A DNA stretch of 57,407 nucleotides, from the NCBI GenBank assembly GCA_048634875.1, contig JAIVZN010000002.1, positions 1 through 57,407 of the forward strand, in the 5' to 3' direction. Numbering within the stretch: position 1 is the first letter of the stretch; each line of letters starts with the position of its first letter. Of this stretch, positions 44,903 through 55,132 are shown one piece after another. The stretch comes from Deltaproteobacteria bacterium. GTDB taxonomy: Bacteria > CG03 > SLGR01 > JBDRKX01. A program made the translations under genes and the position numbers. The notes under the pieces were generated by a model, which saw only the letters and a list, made by a program, of their open reading frames with translations, made no database searches and was not told the origin of the DNA.

Positions 44903-45906
44903 GTGAAAAAATAAAAGTTTCTGTTATTGGAGCAAGTGGTTTTACAGGAAGAGAACTTCTTAAACTTCTATCTAAACATGAAAAAGTAAAATTAGATATT
45001 CTGTTTTCAAGAACTTATGCAGGCAGGGATATAGCAGATATACATCCGTCTTTAAAAGGGATAATTTCAAAAAGAGTAAGCGATGATATTCCCCAAAGTA
45101 ATGATGTTGTCTTCCTTGCTCTGCCACATACAAAATCATTAAATTTTATGCCTCGGTTAATTAAAAATAACAGACTGGTTATTGACCTGTCAGCAGATTA
45201 TAGATTCAAAGATATAGAAAATTATAAAAAATGGTATGGCATTGAACACAGTGATGAGGAGAATCTTAAAAAAGCTGTGTATGGTATTCCTGAGATTAAC
45301 AGGAATGAGATAAAAAATGCAGCATTAATAGCAAATCCGGGCTGTTATGCAACAGCAGTAATACTCTCAGTTTATCCATTACTGAAGGAAGGCATAATAA
45401 ATTCAACTGTATATGTTGATGCAAAATCAGGAATATCCGGCGCGGGCAAAAAACTTGATTCTGAATACCTCTTTACAAAAAGATATGAAAATATAACCCC
45501 TTATAAGGTCAATTCACACCGCCACATGGGGGAAATAATGGAGTTTTTAAATGAAAAAAAAATAAATCTTGTCTTCTGTCCACACCTTATTCCTGTGAAT
45601 CGCGGGATACTTTCAAATACATATACAAAGATAAATAAGAATTTAAACATAGAAGATATAAGAAATATTTTTTTAAAGTATTATGAAAATGAACATTTTA
45701 TAAATATATGTGAACCAAATGTTTTTCCTGAAATAAGTGAAGTTAATTTTACAAATAACTGTAATATTGGCATAAGTTTTAACCACGAAACAGGAGATAT
45801 TGTAGTAATATCAGCTATTGACAATCTTATAAAGGGTGCTTCAGGGCAAGCTGTTCAGAACATGAATATAGCTCTCGGCTTTGAAGAAACTTCCGGACTC
45901 ACATAA
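44899..45906 (+). CDS. argC: N-acetyl-gamma-glutamyl-phosphate reductase
   Basis: It carries VSVIGASGFTGRELLKLL, and the catalytic Cys lies in NPGCYATA. The start was trimmed to MSEKIKV (ATGA overlap with the upstream gene). Confidence 0.93.
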   Translation: MSEKIKVSVIGASGFTGRELLKLLSKHEKVKLDILFSRTYAGRDIADIHPSLKGIISKRVSDDIPQSNDVVFLALPHTKSLNFMPRLIKNNRLVIDLSADYRFKDIENYKKWYGIEHSDEENLKKAVYGIPEINRNEIKNAALIANPGCYATAVILSVYPLLKEGIINSTVYVDAKSGISGAGKKLDSEYLFTKRYENITPYKVNSHRHMGEIMEFLNEKKINLVFCPHLIPVNRGILSNTYTKINKNLNIEDIRNIFLKYYENEHFINICEPNVFPEISEVNFTNNCNIGISFNHETGDIVVISAIDNLIKGASGQAVQNMNIALGFEETSGLT

Positions 45907-45927
45907 TAATGCAAAATGACAAATTAA

Positions 45928-45993
45928 CATTGCGAGCGCGAGCGTTGCAATCCCATGAGATTGTTTCGGTTGCTTTGCTCCCACGCAATGACG
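45928..45993. repeat. CATTGCG...CGCAATG palindromic spacer element
   Basis: The sequence is cattgcgagcgcgagcgttgcaatcccatgagattgtttcggttgctttgctcccacgcaatgacg. It is G+C-rich and sits in the argC/argJ spacer. Confidence 0.5.
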
Positions 45994-46000
45994 AAAAAAA

Positions 46001-47152
46001 ATGAAATTCCCATCCGGCTTTTGCATAACCAGTATAAAAGGAGAAAAAAATGATTTTGGCTTGATATTTGCCCCGCTTGGTATGAAAACAGCAGGTATGT
46101 TTACAACAAATTCCTGCCCTGCACATCCAGTTAAATTTTCAAGAGATACAATAAAAAACCCCGTGCATAAAGCAATACTCGTTAATAAGGGGAGTGCAAA
46201 TTCTGCTACAGGCAATGAAGGAAAAAAGCATTTAAAAAATTTAGTAGCAGAAGTTTGCAACGGCCTTGTAATTGGCAAGGAGGAGGTACTTGTTGCATCA
46301 ACAGGTGTAATAGGAAAACAACTGCAATATACAGATTCAGAAATAAACAGGTTAATTGAAAAAAAAGAAAGAGTGGAACCTGATAATTTTGCCCAGGCAA
46401 TTATGACTACGGACACCTGCAAAAAGGTTGTAACAGAAAGTTTTGAAATAGATGGAAAAGAAGTAATAATAACCGGGATTGCAAAAGGTTCCGGAATGAT
46501 TGCGCCTGATTTAGCAACTATGCTTGCATTTATCCTTACAGATGTAAGAATGGAAAAAGAAGCGCTTCAAGCTGCGCTTAAAAGGGCTGCTGATATCAGT
46601 TTTAACTGTTTGAACATTGACGGCGAGACAAGTACAAATGACAGCGTATTCCTTGCAGCGTCAGGAACTGCTCGGAACCGTTCTTTTGGTCAACAAGGAG
46701 AACATTTTGACATATTTTATAAGAGCCTGAAAAAGGTTTGTATTTTGCTTGTAGAGAAACTTACCGGAGATGGCGAAGGAGCAACAAAATTTATAAAAAT
46801 TAACATACGGGGCGCAGTCAATGAAGATAGCGCAAAGAAAGCTGCAAATGCAATAGCAGTTTCACCTCTATGCAAGATTGCTTTTTACGGCGCATCTCCA
46901 AACTGGGGAAGAATAATCTCAGCGCTTGGCGCTGCCCGGATAAAGTTTAGAGTGGAAAATTTCAGCCTGTATATTAACAGCATACCATGGGTAAAAAAAG
47001 GTATACCTCAAAATACAGAACCTGTAAAAAAGGCTTTAGAAAACAGGCAGTATGAAATTAACATACATTTAAATTCAGGAAATAAAAAAGCCTCTTTATA
47101 TACCTGTGATTTCAGCCCGGAGTATGTAAAAATTAACGCGCATTATTCGTAG
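46001..47152 (+). CDS. argJ: Bifunctional ornithine acetyltransferase / N-acetylglutamate synthase
   Basis: The autoprocessing site is PDLATMLAFILTD, with ArgJ blocks throughout. Confidence 0.93.
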   Translation: MKFPSGFCITSIKGEKNDFGLIFAPLGMKTAGMFTTNSCPAHPVKFSRDTIKNPVHKAILVNKGSANSATGNEGKKHLKNLVAEVCNGLVIGKEEVLVASTGVIGKQLQYTDSEINRLIEKKERVEPDNFAQAIMTTDTCKKVVTESFEIDGKEVIITGIAKGSGMIAPDLATMLAFILTDVRMEKEALQAALKRAADISFNCLNIDGETSTNDSVFLAASGTARNRSFGQQGEHFDIFYKSLKKVCILLVEKLTGDGEGATKFIKINIRGAVNEDSAKKAANAIAVSPLCKIAFYGASPNWGRIISALGAARIKFRVENFSLYINSIPWVKKGIPQNTEPVKKALENRQYEINIHLNSGNKKASLYTCDFSPEYVKINAHYS

Positions 47153-47194
47153 TGAAACGGACATGGGCTTTGTGTGACAGGCATCTTGCCTGTC
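47153..47194 (+). repeat. Post-stop motif TGAAACGGACATGGGCTT plus the 19-bp palindrome GACAGGCATCTTGCCTGTC
   Basis: The TGAAACGGACATGRGCTT motif recurs at 49593-49612 and, on the minus strand, at 26913-26938. It is always in the sense orientation of the upstream gene; two copies lie at the stop codon and the 49593 copy lies about 60 nt downstream of it. The palindrome (47176-94) recurs inside nrnA. Confidence 0.7.
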
Positions 47195-47198
47195 AGGA

Positions 47199-47275
47199 TT
47201 ATAAGTTATAAGTGATAAGTTATAGGTGAAATTATAAAAAATAACTCATAATTTATAACTCGTAACTCATAATTT
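47199..47275. repeat. Heptad-built hairpin, TTATAAG family (copy 2)
   Basis: The sequence is attataagttataagtgataagttataggtgaa...ataactcataatttataactcgtaactcataa. Confidence 0.7.
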
Positions 47276-47295
47276 TTTATAGTAGCTATTTACAG

Positions 47296-47823
47296 TTGAA
47301 CAAAAAGATAAAAAAGGCAGCGGGAATTTTAAATAACCATGGAGTGGTTATTATTCCAACAGATACTGTCTATGGTATAGCCACGCTTTTAGGAAATAAA
47401 AAAGGTATCAAACGAATATATAAAATAAAAAAAAGGAAACTGCATAAACCTTTAGCAATATTAATTCCTTCCATTAACTGGGTATGGAAATGGGTTGAAA
47501 AGACGAAGAATTTAGTTGAATTATGCGAAAATTACTGGCCGGGAGCAACAACACTTATAATGAAAACTATAGATAAGAAAGTTATTGGCCTCCGAATGCC
47601 TGACTATAAACCGGTCATTGAAATCATGAGTATAACAGGGCCCTTATGCGCAACAAGTGCAAATATATCAGGAAAAAGGGCGCCTGTATCAACAGAAGAT
47701 ATTCCCGAGAAAATAAAGCAAGCCTGCGATCTAATTATAGATTTTCCGCTTCTGCGCCCATCTGGGAAACCATCAAAGGTAATTGATACAAGAAATAAAA
47801 GTTTAAAGGTAATCAGGGGGTGA
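47296..47823 (+). CDS. tsaC: L-threonylcarbamoyladenylate synthase (TsaC/YwlC, Sua5-YciO-YrdC domain)
   Basis: It carries IIPTDTVYGIA...KKRKLHKPLAIL...TSANISG. The start is TTG. Confidence 0.85.
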   Translation: MNKKIKKAAGILNNHGVVIIPTDTVYGIATLLGNKKGIKRIYKIKKRKLHKPLAILIPSINWVWKWVEKTKNLVELCENYWPGATTLIMKTIDKKVIGLRMPDYKPVIEIMSITGPLCATSANISGKRAPVSTEDIPEKIKQACDLIIDFPLLRPSGKPSKVIDTRNKSLKVIRG

Positions 47824-48311
47824 ATTTACAAAAAATTACTTTTGTCTGCACAGGGAACACATGCAGAAGCGTGATGGCTGAAAAAACTTTTGAAAAACTT
47901 ATAAAAGAGACGGCTTTAAAAAATATTGAAGTTGATTCAGCTGGGACACATGCTATGCCTTATTATAGTATTTTTGGCGATTTAAAGGATGTGATGGATG
48001 AAAATGAGATAGACTACTCCGGTCACATGCCAAAAATGATTGATAAAAATATCATAAAGAGTTCAAATCTTGTATTTGTAATGACTGAAGCTCACAAGGA
48101 AGAAATTAATCACAGGTTCAGGCATTATAAAAATAAAGTTTTTCTTTTAAGTGAGTATGTAAACGGGAAAGGAAAAGATATTTCAGATCCAATAGGTATG
48201 GGTAAAGAGGCTTACAGAGAATCGTTTAAAGAAATAAGCAGATATCTTGAAAAGTTAGTGGAGAAATTAACAAAGAATGAGGGAGTGATTAACAATGAGT
48301 CTAAAGAATAA
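47820..48311 (+). CDS. Low-molecular-weight protein Tyr/Arg phosphatase (YwlE-like)
   Basis: It carries the P-loop CTGNTCRS and a downstream DP motif (ISDPIG). Confidence 0.85.
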   Translation: MNLQKITFVCTGNTCRSVMAEKTFEKLIKETALKNIEVDSAGTHAMPYYSIFGDLKDVMDENEIDYSGHMPKMIDKNIIKSSNLVFVMTEAHKEEINHRFRHYKNKVFLLSEYVNGKGKDISDPIGMGKEAYRESFKEISRYLEKLVEKLTKNEGVINNESKE

Positions 48312-49533
48312 TGATAGAGAAATTTTTGAGGCTATACAGAAAGAAAGAGAACGCCAGCAAAATTACTTAGAGATGATAGCATCAGAGAACTACACGTCTC
48401 TGGCTGTACTTCAGGCTATGGGAAGCCATCTGACAGATAAGTACGCAGAGGGGTATCCGGGAAAGAGATATTATGGCGGATGTGAATATGTGGATATTGC
48501 AGAAACATTGGCTATACAGAGAGCTAAAAAAATATTTGGCTCGGAGCATGTAAATGTACAGCCTCACTCAGGAACACAGGCAAATATTGCTTCGTATTTA
48601 GCTCTTCTTAATATAGGGGATACAATAATGGGCATGGACCTGTCCTGCGGCGGGCATTTAACTCACGGGCACCCGTTAAACTTCAGCGGAAAATACTTTA
48701 ATGTTGTTTCTTATGGCGTAAACAAGGACAGTGAAAGAATAGATTATGAAGAAGTAAAAAATATTGCGCGAAAAGAAAAACCAAAATTAATAATATGCGG
48801 GGCTTCTGCTTATTCAAGAACTATTGATTTTAAGAAGTTCAGGGAAATTGCTGATGAAGTTAATGCTTATTTACTTGCAGATATTGCCCATATAGCAGGA
48901 CTTGTGGCAAAAGGGTTACACATGGATCCTGTCCCCTACTCGGACATTGTAACTACAACAACCCATAAGACTTTAAGAGGGCCCAGAGGCGGTATGATAA
49001 TGTGTAAGGAAAAATACGCTGCCGATATAGATCGTTCTGTTTTCCCGGGTAATCAGGGCGGCCCGTTAATGCATGTAATCGCAGCTAAAGCTGTGTGTTT
49101 TAAAGAGGTATTAAGCGATAATTTTACAGATTATATAAAAAGAGTTGTTGAAAACTGCAAAGTTCTTGCAGAGGAATTAAAAAATAACAGTATCAAATTG
49201 GTAACAGGAGGAACAGATAATCATCTTATTTTAATTGATTTAAGACCCTTAAATATTACCGGAAAGGATGCTGAAAAACTGATGCAGGAAGCAGGGATTG
49301 TTGCAAATAAGAACACAATACCTTATGATCCCGAGAAACCGTTTATTGCATCCGGCTTGAGATTAGGCACTCCAATATTAACAACACGGGGAATGGGTGT
49401 AGGGGAGATAAAAAAAATTGCAGAATTAATTACTGATGTGCTAAAAAAACAGGACGGTAACACGGTTTCCTCTGTCAGAAAAGAAGTATTAAAATTGTGT
49501 AAAAAGTTTCCACTTAATCAGTTGAAAATGTAG
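48295..49533 (+). CDS. glyA: Serine hydroxymethyltransferase
   Basis: It carries LIASENYTS, the PLP Lys in [14 protein letters not shown], and canonical SHMT blocks. Confidence 0.97.
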   Translation: MSLKNNDREIFEAIQKERERQQNYLEMIASENYTSLAVLQAMGSHLTDKYAEGYPGKRYYGGCEYVDIAETLAIQRAKKIFGSEHVNVQPHSGTQANIASYLALLNIGDTIMGMDLSCGGHLTHGHPLNFSGKYFNVVSYGVNKDSERIDYEEVKNIARKEKPKLIICGASAYSRTIDFKKFREIADEVNAYLLADIAHIAGLVAKGLHMDPVPYSDIVTTTTHKTLRGPRGGMIMCKEKYAADIDRSVFPGNQGGPLMHVIAAKAVCFKEVLSDNFTDYIKRVVENCKVLAEELKNNSIKLVTGGTDNHLILIDLRPLNITGKDAEKLMQEAGIVANKNTIPYDPEKPFIASGLRLGTPILTTRGMGVGEIKKIAELITDVLKKQDGNTVSSVRKEVLKLCKKFPLNQLKM

Positions 49534-49634
49534 TGGCCGAGCTTGCTCGGCGTGGTAGGAGATTAAGAGATTGGGGTGTAAGTGATGAAGAATGAAACGG
49601 ACATGAGCTTCTCTCGCAAAAGCGGATGAAAATA

Positions 49635-49823
49635 ATTGAGCCCTAAAAATGTATTTTGTTGCTCCAGAGACTTTTTGCCTTTGGCACATGAAACTATGCC
49701 TAAAACTAAAAAACTCCCCAGCCCCTGCACGCAGGAGCTGGGTCAAACAAGTTTTAGTTTTTTAACGCCATAGTTTCATTAAAAAATCACAAGTCGCAAA
49801 AAATGCATCATTTAGGTCTCAAT
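49635..49823 (+). repeat. Long-hairpin element X, copy 2 (inverted relative to copy 1; the module extends to 49593-49905)
   Basis: The sequence is attgagccctaaaaatgtattttgttgctccagagactttttgcctttggcacatgaaactatgcctaaaactaaaaaactcccc...gggtcaaacaagttttagttttttaacgccatagtttcattaaaaaatcacaagtcgcaaaaaatgcatcatttaggtctcaat. Confidence 0.85.
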
Positions 49824-49909
49824 TCGACGCCTACGCAAAATTGTAGAGCCTTGATTTTGTAGGGGCTTGATTTATCAAGCCCGATAAAGGATTTATTTAC
49901 GAGTGTAAG

Positions 49910-50545
49910 ATGAATAAAGTAAATATAGTTAAACATCCGCTGATACAGGATAAGCTGACAAGACTGAGAGATGTCAATACAAAAAGCAGGGATTTCAGGG
50001 CATTATTAAAAGAATTATCTGCGCTGATGGCATTTGAAGTAACAAAAGATTTAAATACAACCAAAGTCCATGTGAGGACTCCGCTTGATACGGAAGCAGA
50101 TGGAGTTGTAGTTGAACATTACCAGATTGCTCTTATCCCTATACTTCGCGCAGGTATTGGTATGGTAAATGGAGTTCTTGAAGTTATTCCCCAGGCAAGG
50201 GTTGGACATATTGGCATATACAGGGACCCTGATACACTGAAAGCAGTTAAATATTACCAGAAACTTCCTTTGAATATAGATAGATGTCAGTTAGTAATAC
50301 TGATTGATCCCATGCTTGCAACGGGCCATACCATGGTTGCCACTTTAAATATCTGCAAGGAGATGGGAGCAAAAAATTTAAGAATAATGTGTTTAGTTGC
50401 AGCGCCTGAAGGAATTAATGAAGTTAAAAAATACTATAAAGATATTCCAATATTTACTGCAGCAGTAGATGAGTGTCTGAATGAGCATGGCTATATTCTG
50501 CCGGGTTTAGGTGATGCAGGAGACAGGATATTTGGCACCAAGTAA
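49910..50545 (+). CDS. upp: Uracil phosphoribosyltransferase
   Basis: It carries the PRPP-binding site LIDPMLATGHT and the C-terminal YI.PGLGDAGDR.FGT. Confidence 0.95.
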   Translation: MNKVNIVKHPLIQDKLTRLRDVNTKSRDFRALLKELSALMAFEVTKDLNTTKVHVRTPLDTEADGVVVEHYQIALIPILRAGIGMVNGVLEVIPQARVGHIGIYRDPDTLKAVKYYQKLPLNIDRCQLVILIDPMLATGHTMVATLNICKEMGAKNLRIMCLVAAPEGINEVKKYYKDIPIFTAAVDECLNEHGYILPGLGDAGDRIFGTK

Positions 50546-50662
50546 GTTATGAGTTACGAGTTATGAATTATAATAAAAGTTATAAGTTACAAATTATAAA
50601 TTATAAGTTAAATACTCATAACTCTTCACCTATAACTTATCACTCATCACTTATAACTTATT
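50543..50662. repeat. Heptad-built hairpin, TTATAAG family (copy 3, inverted relative to copy 2)
   Basis: The sequence is taagttatgagttacgagttatgaattataataaaagttataagttacaaattataaattataagttaaatactcataactcttcacctataacttatcactcatcacttataactta. Its reverse complement shares AAGTTATAAGTGA(TGAGTGA)TAAGTTATAGGTGAA and ATAACTCGTAACTCATAA with copy 2. Confidence 0.7.
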
Positions 50663-50665
50663 GAT

Positions 50666-51682
50666 ATGTATTTTGAATTTTATCTGTTTGCTTTTATTAC
50701 GGCAATTTTTCTGTCACTTCTCTTTACTCCCATAGTAGGAGCTCTTGCTATTAGATTTAATGCTGTTGATAAACCATCAGGAAGAAAAATCCATAGAAAA
50801 GAGAGACCTCTCTGGGGCGGCATAGCTGTATTTGTCGGGATTTTTGGAACAGTATTTATTTTAAAAAGCGTAAATTCGGATTTCAGGGCACTTCTTTACA
50901 GCAATTCTTCCCATCTTTTAAAATTGTTTGAAGGCATCATAGTAGGTGCAATTGTAATTACTATTTTAGGAATCTTTGATGATTTAAAAAGTGTTGCACC
51001 AACAACAAAACTGCTCGGACAGATTATAGCCAGTATGATTGTAATACAATACGGTATAAGGATAAAAGGATTCAGTCTCCCGTTTACCTCCTCTTATTTT
51101 GAGGTTCCGCTTTATGCAGGCATTGTAATTACAGTGCTCTGGATTTTAATTTTTATAAATTCAATAAATTTATTAGACGGGGTTGACGGATTATCGACAG
51201 GAGTTATGGCCATTGCGACATTTATTTTTTTTGTTATTTCTTTTTACCAGTTCAATGTTCAAAATGATCCGCTGATAGTAGACAGGCTGAAGCTTGGAGC
51301 TCTCATCAGTCTGGTTCTTTCTGGCAGTTGTATTGGATTTTTAAAATTTAATTTTCCGCCGGCAAAAATATTCTTAGGAGATTCAGGCAGTCTTCTGTTA
51401 GGATTTATGGCAGGTGTAATTACTATAACCGGAATCTTAAAAATAGCAGCTACAGTTACATTAATAATACCATTAATAATCTTTGGTTTCCCTATTGTAG
51501 ACGCAATTTTTTCTTTTGTGAGGAGGATATTTAAAAAAAAATCATTTATGGAAGCTGACAGGGATCATCTGCATCACAGACTCCTGTACAAACGCGGCTG
51601 GAATGCCAGAAAAGTGGTTATTAGAATATATATCATAACTTTTCTCTTAGGGGCAGTTGCAATTATAATTACAATGCTATGA
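50666..51682 (+). CDS. wecA: MraY/WecA-family (GT4 polyprenyl-phosphate) UDP-HexNAc-1-phosphate transferase
   Basis: It has 10-11 TM helices and carries the motifs DD.K, NSINLLDGVDGL and FLGDSGS. Confidence 0.8.
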   Translation: MYFEFYLFAFITAIFLSLLFTPIVGALAIRFNAVDKPSGRKIHRKERPLWGGIAVFVGIFGTVFILKSVNSDFRALLYSNSSHLLKLFEGIIVGAIVITILGIFDDLKSVAPTTKLLGQIIASMIVIQYGIRIKGFSLPFTSSYFEVPLYAGIVITVLWILIFINSINLLDGVDGLSTGVMAIATFIFFVISFYQFNVQNDPLIVDRLKLGALISLVLSGSCIGFLKFNFPPAKIFLGDSGSLLLGFMAGVITITGILKIAATVTLIIPLIIFGFPIVDAIFSFVRRIFKKKSFMEADRDHLHHRLLYKRGWNARKVVIRIYIITFLLGAVAIIITML

Positions 51683-51724
51683 GGAAGCGAACGCATGCCT
51701 AAGCATAGAGGAGTGAGCGACTGA

Positions 51725-52870
51725 ATGTCTAAAAAAATTGTTATAGTATTTGGCACAAGACCTGAAGCAATAAAAATGGCCCCTGTGGTTGACGGGCTTA
51801 AAAAAAATAAAAATTTTATTTTAAAAACAGTTGTAACAGGACAGCACCGCAAAATGCTTGACCAGGCACTTGCTTTTTTTAATATAAAACCTGATTATGA
51901 TTTAAATATAATGCTCTCTTCACAGTCCCTTCACATGGTAATTTCAAAATGTATTACAGGTTTAAGGGATATTTACGAAAAAGAAAAACCTGATATTGTT
52001 TTAGTTCACGGGGACACAACAACAACACTTGGCGCTGCCCTTGCTTCTTACTACAGCAGTATCCCTGTAGGGCATGTAGAGGCAGGCTTAAGGTCATCGG
52101 ATGTTTTTAATCCATTTCCAGAGGAGCAGAACAGGCGGTTAACAGATGCCCTGTGTACATACCACTTTGCTCCCACACTGAAAAATAAAGAGAATCTGTT
52201 AAAAGAAAATATCTGTAAAAAAAATATTTTTGTAACAGGAAATACAGTAATAGATACTTTACTTGAAACTGCCCGGAAAAAAAGTAAACCTGAAAATGAA
52301 ATTTTAAGAAATATCGCGCCATCAAGGAAAGTTGTTCTTGTTACTGCTCACAGGAGAGAAAACTTTGGTAATCCTTTAAAAGAAATATGCAGAGGATTGA
52401 AAAAATTAAGCGAAGAATTTAAAGATGTAGATTTTATCTACCCCCTGCATTTAAACCCCAATGTAAAAAACCCGGTAGAAAAACTACTAAAAAAAAGTAA
52501 AAATTTCATGTTAATACCGCCTGTTTCATATCCTGATATGGTATGGTTGATGAAAAGATGCTATTTTTGTTTTACAGATTCAGGCGGAATTCAGGAAGAA
52601 GCCCCTTCATTAGGTAAACCTGTCTTTGTTTTAAGAAAGGTAACAGAAAGACCTGAAGCTGTTGCGTCAGGGACAGTTAAAGTAATTGGAACAGATTCTA
52701 ACAGGATATATAGATGGGGCAAGAAATTATTAACTGACAATAAAGTTTATGAAAATTTTTCAAAAGCTGTAAATCCATACGGTGACGGTAAAGCAAGCAA
52801 AAGAATAATTAATATTATTGAATATAAATTTGATTTCATAAAGAAAAAACCACGGGAATGGAAAATGTAG
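51725..52870 (+). CDS. wecB: UDP-N-acetylglucosamine 2-epimerase (non-hydrolysing)
   Basis: It carries VFGTRPEAIKMAPV, VHGDTTT, HVEAGLRS and DSGGIQEEAPSLGKPV. Confidence 0.93.
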   Translation: MSKKIVIVFGTRPEAIKMAPVVDGLKKNKNFILKTVVTGQHRKMLDQALAFFNIKPDYDLNIMLSSQSLHMVISKCITGLRDIYEKEKPDIVLVHGDTTTTLGAALASYYSSIPVGHVEAGLRSSDVFNPFPEEQNRRLTDALCTYHFAPTLKNKENLLKENICKKNIFVTGNTVIDTLLETARKKSKPENEILRNIAPSRKVVLVTAHRRENFGNPLKEICRGLKKLSEEFKDVDFIYPLHLNPNVKNPVEKLLKKSKNFMLIPPVSYPDMVWLMKRCYFCFTDSGGIQEEAPSLGKPVFVLRKVTERPEAVASGTVKVIGTDSNRIYRWGKKLLTDNKVYENFSKAVNPYGDGKASKRIINIIEYKFDFIKKKPREWKM

Positions 52871-52874
52871 CTCT

Positions 52875-53798
52875 TTAGATAAAACTCTCTACTGTTTTTT
52901 TCATTCCTTCCTTAAAATCAACTTCTACCCTGTATCCTAATAATTTTTCAGCTTTTGAAATGTCTGCCTGAGTATGACGCACATCACCGGACCGGGGAGG
53001 CTGATACTCAAACGAAACTTCTTTCCCGGTGTTTTCTAATATCTCCCTGGCAACATCTAAAACACTGTAACGATTGTTACACGCAATATTAAACACTTCT
53101 CCTGATATATTTTCTGCCTCTGCCGCTAATAGATTAGCATTTACAACATTCTTTACATAGGTAAAATCCCTTGATTGTTTTCCGTCGCCATGAACTGTAA
53201 GAGGTTTATTTTCCATTGCCTGTTTTATAAATATTGGCACAACTGCGGCGTATTTCGACTCAGGACTTTGTCTTGGCCCGAATACATTAAAGTACCTTAA
53301 ACTTACAGTCTCTAATCCAAAAGTATGTGAAAAAGCCCTGCAATAATGCTCACCTGTAAGTTTTGAAACAGCATAAGGTGAAATTGGAAGCGGTCTTTGT
53401 ATTTCTTCCTTTGGAAGCTTCCTGGTATCGCCATATGCAGAAGATGATGATGCATATACAAACTTCTTTACTCCCCCTTCTCTTGCAGCAATAAGCAGAT
53501 TTAATGTACCGTTAATATTAACATCATTGGTGGAAACAGGGTCATCTACAGACCTTGGCACTGAACGAAGCGCAGCCTGATGTAAAACATAATCGCACTT
53601 CTTACATAATTCATTCATTAAATCAATGTCCCTGATATCCCCTTCAACTAATTCTATATCACTAATTACACTGCTAAGATTATCTCTATTTCCAGTTGAA
53701 AAATTATCAACTACAATAACTTCTTTTCCTTTTTTTAGAAGGTCATCAACAATATGAGAACCTATAAACCCGGCTCCTCCTGTAACTAAATATTTCAT
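52875..53798 (-). CDS. NAD-dependent nucleotide-sugar epimerase (WbpP/TviC-like SDR)
   Basis: It carries GGAGFIGSH and the catalytic YAVSK. It is paired with a TviB/WbpO-like dehydrogenase. Confidence 0.85.
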   Translation of the reverse strand: MKYLVTGGAGFIGSHIVDDLLKKGKEVIVVDNFSTGNRDNLSSVISDIELVEGDIRDIDLMNELCKKCDYVLHQAALRSVPRSVDDPVSTNDVNINGTLNLLIAAREGGVKKFVYASSSSAYGDTRKLPKEEIQRPLPISPYAVSKLTGEHYCRAFSHTFGLETVSLRYFNVFGPRQSPESKYAAVVPIFIKQAMENKPLTVHGDGKQSRDFTYVKNVVNANLLAAEAENISGEVFNIACNNRYSVLDVAREILENTGKEVSFEYQPPRSGDVRHTQADISKAEKLLGYRVEVDFKEGMKKTVESFI

Positions 53799-55132
53799 TA
53801 TATCCTCACTACTTTTGCTTTACCTTTTAATCTTAGAGTAACTCCCCGGCAGTCAACCACTGCTTTTGATTCTTTAAGCATTTTAATATAATCAAATTTT
53901 TCATGTGCTGTCACTATTACAACACAATCATATTCATTATAGTTTATTCTGTTATAAGAAATTCTTTTTACACCTGAAAAACTTCTCGCATAGGGATCGG
54001 TAAAAAACACCGAGGCGCTTAAATTCTTGAGTCTATCTACAATATCAAAGGCTGGAGATTCTCTTAAATCGCCTACATTTTTTTTGTAGCTTACACCCAT
54101 TAGAAGTATCTTAGAATCTTTCACACATTTTTTATTTTCATTTAAAACTTTACTTATCTTTTCAACCACATACCCAGGCATTAACCTGTTTATTTCTTCT
54201 GCATAATCTATAAAACGGGGATAGAATAAATGGCTCTTTGCCTTCCATGCAAGAAACTGCGGGTCAACAGGTAAACAGTGCCCGCCAAGCCCGGGCCCCG
54301 GGTAAAACGGCATGAATCCAAATGGTTTTGTTGCCGCTGCCCTGATTATATTCCAGATATCAAGATTAAGTCTGCCACAGAGCATTGCCAACTCATTTAT
54401 AAGGCCAATATTTACCGCTCTGAAAGTATTTTCAATTAACTTAACCATTTCTGCTTCTTCACATGAATTGACCGTTATTACCTTATCTACAACCTGCGCA
54501 TATACTTCCTCTGCAAGATTGAGTGATTTTTTATCAATACCGCCAACAATCTTAGGAGTATTTTTTATTCCATAAAACTCATTACCCGGATCAACCCGCT
54601 CTGGAGAAAAAGCAACAAAAACATCTACCCCGCCTTTAAACCCTTTTTCTTCAAACTTAGGCAACAATATCTCTCTTGTAGTACCAGGATAAGATGTAGA
54701 TTCAAGTACCACAAGTGTGCTTTCAGAAAGATTATTTGATACTTTTTCTGATGCTTCAATAATAAAAGACAAATCCGGTTCACGCGTCTTTCTAAGTGGC
54801 GTAGGAACGCATATTATTATTACATCCTGATTCTTAATTCCACTGTACCTGATTGTTGGAACAAATTTTTTATCTTTTATAATTTTAACAATATCCTCTC
54901 TGGAGACATCTTCAATGTAAGATTTACCTTCTTTTAGACTGCTGACTTTCTCATTTGAAACATCTACCCCTGTAACTTTAAATCCTGCCCTCGCAAACTC
55001 AACAGCAAGCGGCAGTCCTACATAACCCAAACCAATAATACAAATATTCGCCTTTTTAGTGAGAATCTTTTTCTTTAAAGCTTCATATCTCATAACTGCT
55101 CCCGTATAACTTTTCTGCTTCTCTCCATACAT
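53798..55132 (-). CDS. Nucleotide-sugar (UDP-HexNAc) 6-dehydrogenase, TviB/WbpO/WecC-like
   Basis: The N-terminus is IIGLGYVGLP and the catalytic Cys lies in GLGGHCLPVDP. The true start may be the internal MRYEALKK (about 55093). Confidence 0.88.
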   Translation of the reverse strand: MYGEKQKSYTGAVMRYEALKKKILTKKANICIIGLGYVGLPLAVEFARAGFKVTGVDVSNEKVSSLKEGKSYIEDVSREDIVKIIKDKKFVPTIRYSGIKNQDVIIICVPTPLRKTREPDLSFIIEASEKVSNNLSESTLVVLESTSYPGTTREILLPKFEEKGFKGGVDVFVAFSPERVDPGNEFYGIKNTPKIVGGIDKKSLNLAEEVYAQVVDKVITVNSCEEAEMVKLIENTFRAVNIGLINELAMLCGRLNLDIWNIIRAAATKPFGFMPFYPGPGLGGHCLPVDPQFLAWKAKSHLFYPRFIDYAEEINRLMPGYVVEKISKVLNENKKCVKDSKILLMGVSYKKNVGDLRESPAFDIVDRLKNLSASVFFTDPYARSFSGVKRISYNRINYNEYDCVVIVTAHEKFDYIKMLKESKAVVDCRGVTLRLKGKAKVVRI

